A DNA stretch of 53,825 nt from a candidate division WOR-3 bacterium (GTDB lineage: Bacteria; Hydrothermota; Tepidihabitantia; Tepidihabitantales; CAIPLT01): positions 1 through 53,825 of the forward strand of contig CBFGJZ010000009.1 of assembly GCA_965649215.1 (NCBI GenBank), given 5' to 3'. A model generated the notes under the pieces. That model searched no databases. It worked only from the letters and a program-made list of their open reading frames with translations, and had not been told where the DNA came from. Every line of letters begins with the position of its first letter. The first letter of the stretch is position 1. Both the position numbers and the translations under genes were made by a program. Shown piece after piece: positions 20,901 through 29,504 of the stretch.

Positions 20901-21788
20901 CTCGCTTATATAAAAACTGACAATGGCGACTATGTATACTTAGTAAAAGGAAATAACACTAATGAATTTTGGGCATATTCTGTTAGCGAGCAAACTTGGC
21001 AACGAAAACCAGATATTGATTTAGGACCAACAGGTAGAGAAAAAGTTAAAGATGGTAGTGCGATAACCACTGATGGTCAATATTTTATCTATCTCTTAAA
21101 AGCAAAATATAATTACTTATACATATACGACATCTCAACGGGTAATTGGATTCGCAGAGCAGCTGTTGAAGGTAAACCAGTGCATAAAGACGTTAGTAAA
21201 GGTAGCACGATTGCTTATTGTCTCGAAGGAACTGCAGGAACCCCAACCATTTATGCTCTCAAAGGCGGTTCATTTGAATTCTGGCGTTACAATATTATGC
21301 GCGATGGCTGGACATATCGTTCAGCTATGAATATGTTAACTGGCAGTAGCGGTAAAAAAGTTGGCGCAGGTGCATCTTTGGTTTACGACGAAAGCAAAAA
21401 GATCTTCTACGCCTTAAAGGGAAACAAAACAACTGAGTTTTATAAATATGTACCTGACCCGAATTTGCTAAATAACGAGGAAAGATTAAATGTTCAAATC
21501 GTCACCTCGGAGATGACTGAAAATATTACTAATTTACCTTATCTCAAAGTCCATCCTAAACTAATTAATAATAATGCCTATATCTACTATCAAGTTAAAA
21601 CTCTGAAACCAATCACAATTAAACTCTATAATAATGTTGGTGTTTTGGTGAGAAATGTCGAACACCCATTGAATACGCAAAATGGAGTAATTGCAGTTGA
21701 TGTCAGCGATATCGCTAATGGTGTTTACTTTGTTAAAGTTGAATCTGCGGACAACAAAATTTTAGAAAAAATCGTAGTTCAAAAATAA
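17958..21788 (+). CDS. Secreted protein: cleaved-adhesin/choice-of-anchor-J-like domain, about six CARDB-like repeats, Kelch-like propeller, T9SS-type C-terminal domain
   Basis: ESFSGPVFPPEGW...DDWLVTP...VYVAFRY...IDDV; repeats DVGVxxIxxP...PxxxVxNxG...GDxNxxND; Kelch-like blades; LYNNVG...GVYFVK. RBS GAGGGGG. Confidence 0.87.
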   Translation: MKKVLILSLIFTSLIFSQVLQESFSGPVFPPEGWSVYNLEDSTAPRDKSVWQQDGRGPHTEPGCAFCPKSYAGGNSNPTGPNDDWLVTPRLYPSEAAYNLTFYYRGYTPNQKESLEVWVSRAGNTPNDFKNPATGYRVDALAIYTWDYTMRVVSLSSFINQPVYVAFRYCSNNPNRHGVFIDDVNTDSIPYYPPIYRVPLDVGVIEIKQPEAIITPTPFTPRATVKNYGPNPATFETKCFIYNQAGTATYYTKNVVVTALPYNQIVDVSFPETTLAAGFYKIKFKTYLAGDQNPLNDEMIRDFQVLNPTYHDVGVTTIFKPVNEISEPTVLPKIEVRNFGSQTENFRVRIEIKNTNNHTTVYFDTAWITLPPLVNSELEFTKIWTPTPTLYSYEVKAFTQLSNDNNRANDTCSAIALAPLYDAKVTTIFTPLYPVYEPTQEITPSAQISNRSFTLDPVNIPSTFSIIKVNGNQVYSHSVSTTINFCDDATVEYNPWVAETGYYVVKCKVNLTGDNNRSNDSIIKDLFIPFRDVKPRKIVVPADNFVKQSIVPRAIIDNNSNYYINAPIEMTIRRGNSTVVCDTNYVTIFENSSGMVYFPAWMPDTGWYNITFRQIFPYDLVPSNDIISKNFYVQNPTIDLEIVQIKAPKDTIAMGRQPYPRVIVRNIGDAPVTGPVITTIENQSTRTLIYIDTVLITTPLLPNTERILTFDQCNSLNNVGNYELVSIAEIEGDINTANNTKTLDFVVSGSANRDVGVSLIAEPKGCKPLGLISSMVIVRNYGSTFENFGVQLKIYRRNQILPLFAPIVNVELAPQQTEFVFFPQWASDLGDFIVRCTTLLEGDVNVSNNYKDTLLSIRQDIRYGWDNLTSLPSAQNVKDGGALTIIPNKGIYAFVGNKTNIFKHYNPETNTWTDKAPIPNNIFAGSGAALCNDGDNRIYAIFGNNTRYFYTYVIDEDVWLPLDQVPGADPTKPKRIKGGAGLAYIKTDNGDYVYLVKGNNTNEFWAYSVSEQTWQRKPDIDLGPTGREKVKDGSAITTDGQYFIYLLKAKYNYLYIYDISTGNWIRRAAVEGKPVHKDVSKGSTIAYCLEGTAGTPTIYALKGGSFEFWRYNIMRDGWTYRSAMNMLTGSSGKKVGAGASLVYDESKKIFYALKGNKTTEFYKYVPDPNLLNNEERLNVQIVTSEMTENITNLPYLKVHPKLINNNAYIYYQVKTLKPITIKLYNNVGVLVRNVEHPLNTQNGVIAVDVSDIANGVYFVKVESADNKILEKIVVQK

Positions 21789-21806
21789 ACCTTATCCCCT
21801 CTCTCA

Positions 21807-21842
21807 AAAAGGGTGGCTCTTATTAAAAGGAGCCACCCTTTA
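21807..21842. terminator. Bidirectional-type intrinsic terminator
   Basis: AAAA GGGTGGCTC ttattaaaag GAGCCACCC TTTT directly after the 21788 stop. Confidence 0.85.
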
Positions 21843-22105
21843 TTATCTAATAAGTTGTCCTTCTGATAATCCTTCAGATTGCGTTATGCACTATCCCGTA
21901 GGTCATCCACTGGATGTCCGAGGGGTATACCCTCAGGATAGCATAATCTACCATCCTGAACATAAGTTATAGGATTTCCTTAACGACTGCCAAGATTACC
22001 ACCTATGCTAGTAACTATCTGTCAGCCCTTTCGACAGCCGAGAGTATGAGGATACCTCTTGATTAATAATACATATAAAACACTTATCTTTTAAAAAATG
22101 TGGAG

Positions 22106-22134
22106 TTGACAATTTAATAAAATCATTTTACAAT
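22106..22134 (+). promoter_or_regulatory. Sigma70 promoter of the tRNA-Arg/tadA unit
   Basis: TTGACA (22106-22111), 17 nt, TACAAT (22129-22134), 12 nt before the tRNA. Confidence 0.75.
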
Positions 22135-22146
22135 AAGTATTATCAT

Positions 22147-22220
22147 GCGCCCGTAGCTCAATTGGATAGAGTGCCGGACTACGAATCCGTAGGTTGCGTG
22201 TTCGAATCACGCCGGGCGCG
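22147..22220 (+). tRNA. tRNA-Arg(ACG), CCA not encoded
   Basis: Acceptor GCGCCCG/CGGGCGC, D arm GCTC...GAGT, anticodon loop CT-ACG-AA, T arm GCGTG-TTCGAAT-CACGC. Confidence 0.96.
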
Positions 22221-22243
22221 TTTAAAATAATTCATAATAGATT

Positions 22244-22744
22244 GTGAAACTAAACAATCATGCATATTGGATGCAAGAAGCCTTACTTGAGGCCCAAAAA
22301 GCTTTTGCTGCTGATGAAGTACCGGTTGGTGCCGTAGTTGTCTATGAGAATAAAATTATTGGGCGAGGGTATAACCAAACCGAAACTTTACATGACCCAA
22401 CTGCTCATGCTGAAATAATTGCCTTATCGGCCGCTGCTAATTATCTTAAAAGTTGGCGCTTGAGCAATACTTCTGTTTATATCACTTTAGAACCTTGTGT
22501 CATGTGCACTGGTGCTTTAATTTTAGCCCGTATTAAAAGACTTATCTTTGGTGCTTATGATACAAAATTTGGTGCATGTGGTTCTGTTTATAATATTCCC
22601 CACGATAATTTTCTCAATCACACCTTTGAAGTAATTCCCAATATTTTAGCTGAGCCCAGTCAAAAATTATTACAAGAGTTCTTTGCCAATAAACGAAAAC
22701 GCAAACCTAACTCAAACCTAAATCAAATAAATTCTTACCACTAA
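22244..22744 (+). CDS. tadA: tRNA adenosine(34) deaminase TadA
   Basis: EVPVGAVVV, DPTAHAE, TLEPCVMC, FGAYDTKFGACGS. Confidence 0.95.
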   Translation: MKLNNHAYWMQEALLEAQKAFAADEVPVGAVVVYENKIIGRGYNQTETLHDPTAHAEIIALSAAANYLKSWRLSNTSVYITLEPCVMCTGALILARIKRLIFGAYDTKFGACGSVYNIPHDNFLNHTFEVIPNILAEPSQKLLQEFFANKRKRKPNSNLNQINSYH

Positions 22745-22793
22745 GACTATTGATATTCTATCTAAAATAAGTTATCATTTGATAAAGATTTAA

Positions 22794-22880
22794 GGAGAGA
22801 TGGCCGAGTGGACGAAGGCGCATGACTCGAAATCATGTTTTGCCGTAAGGCAAACGGGGGTTCAAATCCCCCTCTCTCCG
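22794..22880 (+). tRNA. tRNA-Ser(CGA), long variable arm, CCA not encoded
   Basis: Acceptor GGAGAGA/TCTCTCC, anticodon arm CATGA-CT-CGA-AA-TCATG, variable arm TTTGCC-GTAA-GGCAAA, T arm GGGGG-TTCAAAT-CCCCC. Confidence 0.96.
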
Positions 22881-22901
22881 TAAATATATTAAACATCGAA
22901 T

Positions 22902-25900
22902 ATGAAAAATATTTATCTAAAAAATTTAAAATATTTATTTCAACTGATATTATTGTTATTATTTACTAGCTCATATAGTTATGGTGAAAAAATTACTATC
23001 AAGAAAAATAATCTACCACCTCCGCAGAATTATGTTCAACAAATCCAAAAAATCATCCGCAATCAAAGTAAATATAAGCATAATGTGGCATATCATAATC
23101 GTGATCTTTTAGCACGTATTCGCAAAGCCGCTAAAGAAAATCGCACTGACACTATCAAAGTATTAGCAATCCGCGTTGAATTTGTTGAAGATACGACGCC
23201 GCTCACAACCGGTAATGGTAAAATGGACTTAGCAGGATTTCTAACGCCAGAGCATGGTCTTTTATATGACCCACCTCACACCCGTCAATATTTTGAAAGA
23301 CACTTAGAAGGAATGCGTAATTTTTATTGGCTCAATTCAATGGGTAAATTATATATTGATTTTCGAGTCTATCCAAATTCTGTTACTCAATGCTATCAAT
23401 TACCCCATCCGATGATGTATTATGGTGACACCACAAGTATTGAAGGCATGGAGACCGGTTTATGCCGTTTGATGAACGACGCAATTCGAGCTGCGGATTT
23501 AGACCCGCACTTAAGATTTAGTGATTATGATGCTCTCATTATCTTTCATGCTGGTTCCGCGCCACAAACTGACCTCAATCGTAATAGCCCTTTTGATTTA
23601 TTAGCTGGTACTATTCCACCATCTGCATTAGAAACTTATTTAGGAAGACCATATATCTTAGCAGACGAAGGAGAAACCCAAATATACTCTGCCATGATTA
23701 TGCCTGAAATGCTTAGACAAGATACAATGTATCAAGGCCAAGTAAATATTCTGGGAATGTATGGATTTAGTGGTACGCTCTATCATGAATTTGTCCATGT
23801 TTTGGGTGGCTACGATCTCTATGATGTCACGGGTTGGTCAATTGGCGTTGGTTCGTGGAGTTTAATGGGCACTGGTGCTTGGCTTGGCGATTGGAGTGTT
23901 GGTGTACCACCGGGCTCAATTCCCGCTATGCTTGATGCCTTTCATCGGGTTTATTTTGGTTGGATTGAACCATTAGTCGTCAATGTGCCCAAAGAAAGTA
24001 TCTTTTTATATGCTGTTAATATGGATACTACAAAATTTCCTTTTCATCAAAATAATCCCCACGCGCCAACCATAATTAAAGTACCTATCTCCCAAACCGA
24101 ATATTTTCTTATTGAAAATCGTCAGACTGATGTTAAGAAAAAAGACACCTTAGTTGTTGATTTAGAAGACGGAGTTTTGATCTGGGTTGAAGATGGTGAA
24201 TATGATTTCTTTCAACCTGGTAGCGGAGTCTTAATTTGGCATATTGACGAGCAAATAATCGCTGAATATGGACCATATAATGCCATAAACATCGCTCAAA
24301 TCCCACATAAAGGCGTTGATTTAGAAGAAGCAGATGGTGTTCAAGATTACGATCTCCAGGCACTCTATAATTATGAATATCAATATAACGGCTCACCCTA
24401 TGACCCATTTTTTATCGGTGGCTATAATCACGAATTCTCATTTCAAACTAATCCGAATTCTGACGGTTATTATGGAAAAAGCTATCTCCGTATCACCGTT
24501 CATTCCCAACCTGATACTTTAATGTATATCAGTATCAACTTTGACTTAAATCAAATTGGCTTTCCCATCAATCCCAATCGCTATACGAAATTTTATCCCG
24601 CACACATTGCTGATTTAAATCGAGACGGACGCAATGAGATAATTACCATTGACAGTGCCGGTCGAATCTTTGCTTGGTATGGTGACGGGACTTCTTATAC
24701 CGGCCTTAGCGGTGGTAGTTTTGCCCAACTTCCCACGAGCGTCTTAAATACTATTGCCATTGGTGATGTGATTGGGGATGACAAATTAGAAGTTATTGCA
24801 GTTGGTGAAAACGGCGGGGTTTATGTTTATCCGTATAGCGGTTTAACTATCCTTTGTCAAATGCAAACCAATGATCGTATTATGAGCGCACCGGTCTTAT
24901 TTGATTTAGATGGCGATGGTAAAAAAGAGATAATCGTTACCTCGACTGACCAACACTTATATATATGGAAAGGCGATTGTTCAAATTACCCTGGCTTCCC
25001 TATTTCTTTACATTCGGAACTTCGCTCGTCGGTTGCCATTACCGATACCTTAAATCCCAAAATTGTTGTTTTAGGCAGCGACCATCGTCTCTTTCTCATC
25101 GATCCATCTGATGCGACAATTCATAACAAATTTCCATTAACACTATCATATAGTCCACTTTTTATTGCTTGTCCACCTGTAGTTGGAGATCTTGACAACG
25201 ATGGCAACAAAGAAATTGTAGTCCTTATTAATAACGGAAGAAAATATCAATTATTTATCATTGACCTACTTGGTAACATTAAACACTCAAGTCAACCGAT
25301 AATTGAAAATCCCCTTAATTCGGCAATAGCTTTAGCTGATATAAACAATGATGGATTTTTAGATATTATCTTTACCGCCAAAAATCAAATCTATGCTTTT
25401 AATTATAACGGCACTTTATTAACCAATTATCCCATCGCACAAGAATCAACATATCAAGTAACTCAAGTGCTTGGTGGTTATTTAGTCACTTTTGATATAC
25501 CCTTTATTTTCAATTCTTCTCCAACGCTTTGTGATCTCAATCACGACGGCTATCTAGATATATTTATCGGTTCACCGCGTTCAGGATTACTGGGTTTTGA
25601 CGGCCGCAGTGCGCAATTGTTATCTTATTTTCCATTAACCACGGTTGGTGCCATTAACAATACACCTTTAATTTATGACCTTGATAATGATGGCGATTTA
25701 GAAATAGCTGTTGGTACTGATGCGGGTATTTTTTATGCGTGGGACTTTCCCACTGCTAACCAAAATTTAGTATGGTCACAATATCTAAAAGACCCAACTC
25801 ATTGTAATTTATATTATGAGCCAATTCTACCACCTTTACCATCAGAAATTGTTGTTAAGGATTTTTATGTTTATCCTAATCCTGCTCATAATGAAATCAC

Positions 25901-26126
25901 GGTCCGTTATTGGTTAGGTTCTAATAACCAAAGTGTCAAAATCCAGATCTTAGATGTCTTTGGACAAACCAAACGAGAAGTAAATGGTACTGTTTTTCCA
26001 TTAGTTGATAATGAAGTGAAAATGCATCTTGATGGCATTAACAGCGGTATCTATCTGCTCCGCTTAGAAGTAAAAACTAATCAGAAAAAAGAAGTAAAGT
26101 TCTATAAATTTGCCATTGTCAAGTGA
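22902..26126 (+). CDS. M6 (immune inhibitor A-like) metalloprotease with FG-GAP/VCBS repeats and T9SS-type C-terminal domain
   Basis: IIFHAG, HEFVHVLGGYDLYD, WSLMGTG, EYFLIENRQ, GVLIWHIDE; several DLDxDGxxEI loops; YPNP...SGIYLLR. Confidence 0.9.
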   Translation: MKNIYLKNLKYLFQLILLLLFTSSYSYGEKITIKKNNLPPPQNYVQQIQKIIRNQSKYKHNVAYHNRDLLARIRKAAKENRTDTIKVLAIRVEFVEDTTPLTTGNGKMDLAGFLTPEHGLLYDPPHTRQYFERHLEGMRNFYWLNSMGKLYIDFRVYPNSVTQCYQLPHPMMYYGDTTSIEGMETGLCRLMNDAIRAADLDPHLRFSDYDALIIFHAGSAPQTDLNRNSPFDLLAGTIPPSALETYLGRPYILADEGETQIYSAMIMPEMLRQDTMYQGQVNILGMYGFSGTLYHEFVHVLGGYDLYDVTGWSIGVGSWSLMGTGAWLGDWSVGVPPGSIPAMLDAFHRVYFGWIEPLVVNVPKESIFLYAVNMDTTKFPFHQNNPHAPTIIKVPISQTEYFLIENRQTDVKKKDTLVVDLEDGVLIWVEDGEYDFFQPGSGVLIWHIDEQIIAEYGPYNAINIAQIPHKGVDLEEADGVQDYDLQALYNYEYQYNGSPYDPFFIGGYNHEFSFQTNPNSDGYYGKSYLRITVHSQPDTLMYISINFDLNQIGFPINPNRYTKFYPAHIADLNRDGRNEIITIDSAGRIFAWYGDGTSYTGLSGGSFAQLPTSVLNTIAIGDVIGDDKLEVIAVGENGGVYVYPYSGLTILCQMQTNDRIMSAPVLFDLDGDGKKEIIVTSTDQHLYIWKGDCSNYPGFPISLHSELRSSVAITDTLNPKIVVLGSDHRLFLIDPSDATIHNKFPLTLSYSPLFIACPPVVGDLDNDGNKEIVVLINNGRKYQLFIIDLLGNIKHSSQPIIENPLNSAIALADINNDGFLDIIFTAKNQIYAFNYNGTLLTNYPIAQESTYQVTQVLGGYLVTFDIPFIFNSSPTLCDLNHDGYLDIFIGSPRSGLLGFDGRSAQLLSYFPLTTVGAINNTPLIYDLDNDGDLEIAVGTDAGIFYAWDFPTANQNLVWSQYLKDPTHCNLYYEPILPPLPSEIVVKDFYVYPNPAHNEITVRYWLGSNNQSVKIQILDVFGQTKREVNGTVFPLVDNEVKMHLDGINSGIYLLRLEVKTNQKKEVKFYKFAIVK

Positions 26127-28837
26127 CAATCAATCTTATTTTAAACGTGCTGATTTGTTTGACAACAGATCTCATTGCCCATCCAGATGATTTTTTTACC
26201 AATCGACAGCATAGGTTGTTACAAGCTAACCCATCCCTTAAATCGCGGCCTGTAAATATTAATCCGCTGACAGGAATTATTAAAAATGATTTTCTTCTAA
26301 ATGATGATACTAGTGGTGGTACAAATCAACAAAATCCTGCTCTTGCTACTAATCAACAAGGTTCGATTGTCATTGGTTGGACTGATTATCGTGATGGCAA
26401 TGCAGATATTTATGTGCAACGATTAGATACGAATAATAATTACCTCGGTAATAATTTTCGAGTTAATAACGATGCGACAATGATGTGGCAAGGTGAACCG
26501 GCAATTGCCGTTGACACTCAAGGAAATTTTGTAGTTGTTTGGGAAGATCGTCGCACTTGGAATTCAGATGTTTATCTCCAACGGTTTAGTCACAATGGCC
26601 AAGCTCTTGGCGATAACATTGTTGTAAATGATAATCTAGGCAGTTCTGATCAACGTCATGCCGCCGTCATAATGCTTCCGAACCAACATTTTATTGTCGT
26701 TTGGGATGACTGGCGTAATGATTGGGGCGATATTTACTTACAACGCTTTAATAACAATGGTGAACGAGTTGGTAATAATATCAGAGTTAATGATGACCCA
26801 ATCGGCAATAATCAATATCATCCAGCTTTAAGCTGCGATGCCAATGGTAATTATATTGTAACTTGGATGGATGGCCGTCTGGGTGATTGGAATATCTATG
26901 CTCAGCGTTTTAATCAAACAGGCCAAGCGATCGGCACAAATTTTTTAGTCAATGATTATCATACCTCATTTCAAGGCTATCCCAAAATTGCTACACATGT
27001 TAATGGTTCTTTTGTAATTGTTTGGCAAGATGAGCGGTTTAATAATGCTGATATTTTTACCCAAGTTTTTGATGCCAACGGTAATCGGATTGGAAATAAC
27101 TTTAGAGTCAATGATGATAATACCACTCAAAACCAAATTTCACCCAACATCACGATTGATCCAGCAGGCAATTTTTTGGTTGTCTGGACTGACCAACGAC
27201 AAGGCAATTCTGATATCTATGCACAATTGTTTGACTCGAACTATCAACCGATAAATAATAATTTCAAAATTAATGATGATTTAACAAATCAAAATCAAGG
27301 AGCACCCGCAATTGCCAGTATCCCAACTCGAAAATATTGGATAGTTTGGGATGATTGTCGTAATAATAATTATGATATCTATCTTCAAAATCTCAATTCT
27401 AACCTTGCCTTTATCGGAAGTAATATTAAAATTAATGATGATATTGCGAGTAGCCAGCAACGGTGCTCTTGGTTGGCTCAAGATGGAGCGGGTCGTTTAA
27501 TTGTTGTTTGGGAAGATGAACGAGATGGTAATTGTCATATCTATGGTGTTCGTTTAGATTCTTTAGGCAATATCCTCCAAGCTAATTTCAAAGTTAATGA
27601 CGATAGTACTAATGCTCATTACTATCCATCAGTTTCTGCCAATCATGAAGGTGATTTCATTGTCTGTTGGTCAGATAATCGCAATGGTAATTTTGATATC
27701 TATGCTCAAAAATACTCAGCACAGGGTATTCCAATCGGTAACAACTTCAAAGTTAACGATGATTTAACTACTGCTTCACAGTGGTATCCTGTTGTAAGTT
27801 GTGACAGCACTGGTAATGCTGTTATTGTTTGGTCAGACTATCGTCATAATAATTATGATATCTATGCTCAACGCTTTGATATCCAAACAAATCCGATTGG
27901 CAGTAATTTTATAGTTAATGATGTCCTTAACGATGAACAACTGTATGCGACAGTCAATATTCATAAAAATGGCAATTTTGTTATCTGTTGGATGGATAGT
28001 CGTAATGGTGATTTTGATATTTATGCTCAAAGATTCTTAGCAAATGGTCAACCACTCGGCACTAATTTCAAAGTCAACAACAATCTTGATAACAGTTTTC
28101 AAGGTTATCCGAATCTGGCTGTATCTCAAAATGGACAATTTGCGATTGTTTGGGAAGATGAAAGATTTTACAACTCAGATATCTTTATGCAACGCTATCA
28201 AGCTAATGGCTTACCAATTGATTCTAATTTAAGAGTTAATACGGATATTTATGATGAAGCTCAATATTCACCATCAATAAGTTATGACCAAAATGGAAAT
28301 TTTGTGGTTGTCTGGTGTTATTTACGAAGTATCAATGATAATTATGATATCTACTCCCAAGCGTTCAATACCAACGCCCAACGCGTTGGCAATAATATAC
28401 AAATAAACCAACCCGATGTATTTTTTGATAATAATCAATGGCTCATTGGTCAAAGTGTTGCCCTACACAATAACCGCATCGTCTATAGTTGGATTGACAA
28501 CCGACGCCATCAAGGGTGGGATATCTACAGTAAAATTGTGGATTGGAATTATTTCACTGCTCTAAACGAAAACAATAAAGAGCTCAATAAAATATCGTTA
28601 GTAAAAATCTTTCCTAATCCTACTTATGATAAACTATTTATCCAATCTACATTACCGATTCGAGAATATCAATTTTATAATGCGTGTGGTCAAATCATTG
28701 ATCTTCCAATGACCAATCAGATAATAAATATAAAAGATTTACAAAGTGGCATTTACTTTATAAAATATGCTATTAACAAACAATATTATGTTCATAAGAT
28801 TATTGTTTCACAAAGGAGTAATAATGTTAACAATTAA
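26123..28837 (+). CDS. Secreted protein built almost entirely of ~53-aa beta repeats, with T9SS-type C-terminal domain
   Basis: About 14 repeats of QxxPxxxxxxxGxFxxxWxDxRxxxxDIYxQRFxxxGxxxGxNFxVND; ends FPNP...SGIYFIK. GTG start overlaps the upstream stop (GTGA). Confidence 0.87.
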   Translation: MTINLILNVLICLTTDLIAHPDDFFTNRQHRLLQANPSLKSRPVNINPLTGIIKNDFLLNDDTSGGTNQQNPALATNQQGSIVIGWTDYRDGNADIYVQRLDTNNNYLGNNFRVNNDATMMWQGEPAIAVDTQGNFVVVWEDRRTWNSDVYLQRFSHNGQALGDNIVVNDNLGSSDQRHAAVIMLPNQHFIVVWDDWRNDWGDIYLQRFNNNGERVGNNIRVNDDPIGNNQYHPALSCDANGNYIVTWMDGRLGDWNIYAQRFNQTGQAIGTNFLVNDYHTSFQGYPKIATHVNGSFVIVWQDERFNNADIFTQVFDANGNRIGNNFRVNDDNTTQNQISPNITIDPAGNFLVVWTDQRQGNSDIYAQLFDSNYQPINNNFKINDDLTNQNQGAPAIASIPTRKYWIVWDDCRNNNYDIYLQNLNSNLAFIGSNIKINDDIASSQQRCSWLAQDGAGRLIVVWEDERDGNCHIYGVRLDSLGNILQANFKVNDDSTNAHYYPSVSANHEGDFIVCWSDNRNGNFDIYAQKYSAQGIPIGNNFKVNDDLTTASQWYPVVSCDSTGNAVIVWSDYRHNNYDIYAQRFDIQTNPIGSNFIVNDVLNDEQLYATVNIHKNGNFVICWMDSRNGDFDIYAQRFLANGQPLGTNFKVNNNLDNSFQGYPNLAVSQNGQFAIVWEDERFYNSDIFMQRYQANGLPIDSNLRVNTDIYDEAQYSPSISYDQNGNFVVVWCYLRSINDNYDIYSQAFNTNAQRVGNNIQINQPDVFFDNNQWLIGQSVALHNNRIVYSWIDNRRHQGWDIYSKIVDWNYFTALNENNKELNKISLVKIFPNPTYDKLFIQSTLPIREYQFYNACGQIIDLPMTNQIINIKDLQSGIYFIKYAINKQYYVHKIIVSQRSNNVNN

Positions 28838-29498
28838 GAAAATCATTGGCTTTAGCATTATCCTATTTAGTTTTACGCAATTGCTGTACAGCCAAACTCA
28901 TGATACTTTACTTACTTACAATCCGAAAGGTAAAGCGATTATCGCTTCTGCGCTCGTACCTGGTTGGGGCCAACATATCTTAAAACACCATCGCAAAAGT
29001 GAAATTATGCTCTGGGCAGATGGTACAATCTGGCTCCTCTATGCAGGCTTTCAATGGTATGGTGCCTCTCGTTTTCAAGATAGCCGTCTTTTTGCTAGTA
29101 TCTATGCCAACGCCAATCCCAATCTGCGGGACGAAAAGTATTATCGTGCATTAGAGCGCTATCGTAATGCCGATGATTATAATGAATTTGTTCGCATGGA
29201 AGCTCGCGACCGTTATCCGAACGACCCATCTTTACAACATAGCTACTATCTTGAACATGGTTATTTTGGTGATTCCGCTTGGAGTTGGCAGGCTGATTCA
29301 TTTCGTTTTGCTTATTGGGAAAAAAGAAAAGCTGCCCGCAGCGCTTTAACAAAAGCTGGCTTTTGTTTAGGTGCGGCAATCTTAAATCGTTTAATCAGTG
29401 TCTTTGATTGCTCATTCTTTTCTGTCGATTTACGAAACAAAGTAAGCGTCGAAGCGAATTCAGACAACAGTGGCATCGGATTAGTCTTTCGCTTCTAA
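28824..29498 (+). CDS. Hypothetical exported/membrane protein (SALVPGWGQ motif, DUF5683-like)
   Basis: Start moved to ATG 28824 (RBS AAGGAG); signal peptide, ASALVPGWGQ, C-terminal GLVFRF. Confidence 0.7.
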   Translation: MLTIKKIIGFSIILFSFTQLLYSQTHDTLLTYNPKGKAIIASALVPGWGQHILKHHRKSEIMLWADGTIWLLYAGFQWYGASRFQDSRLFASIYANANPNLRDEKYYRALERYRNADDYNEFVRMEARDRYPNDPSLQHSYYLEHGYFGDSAWSWQADSFRFAYWEKRKAARSALTKAGFCLGAAILNRLISVFDCSFFSVDLRNKVSVEANSDNSGIGLVFRF

Positions 29499-29504
29499 AA
29501 GACT

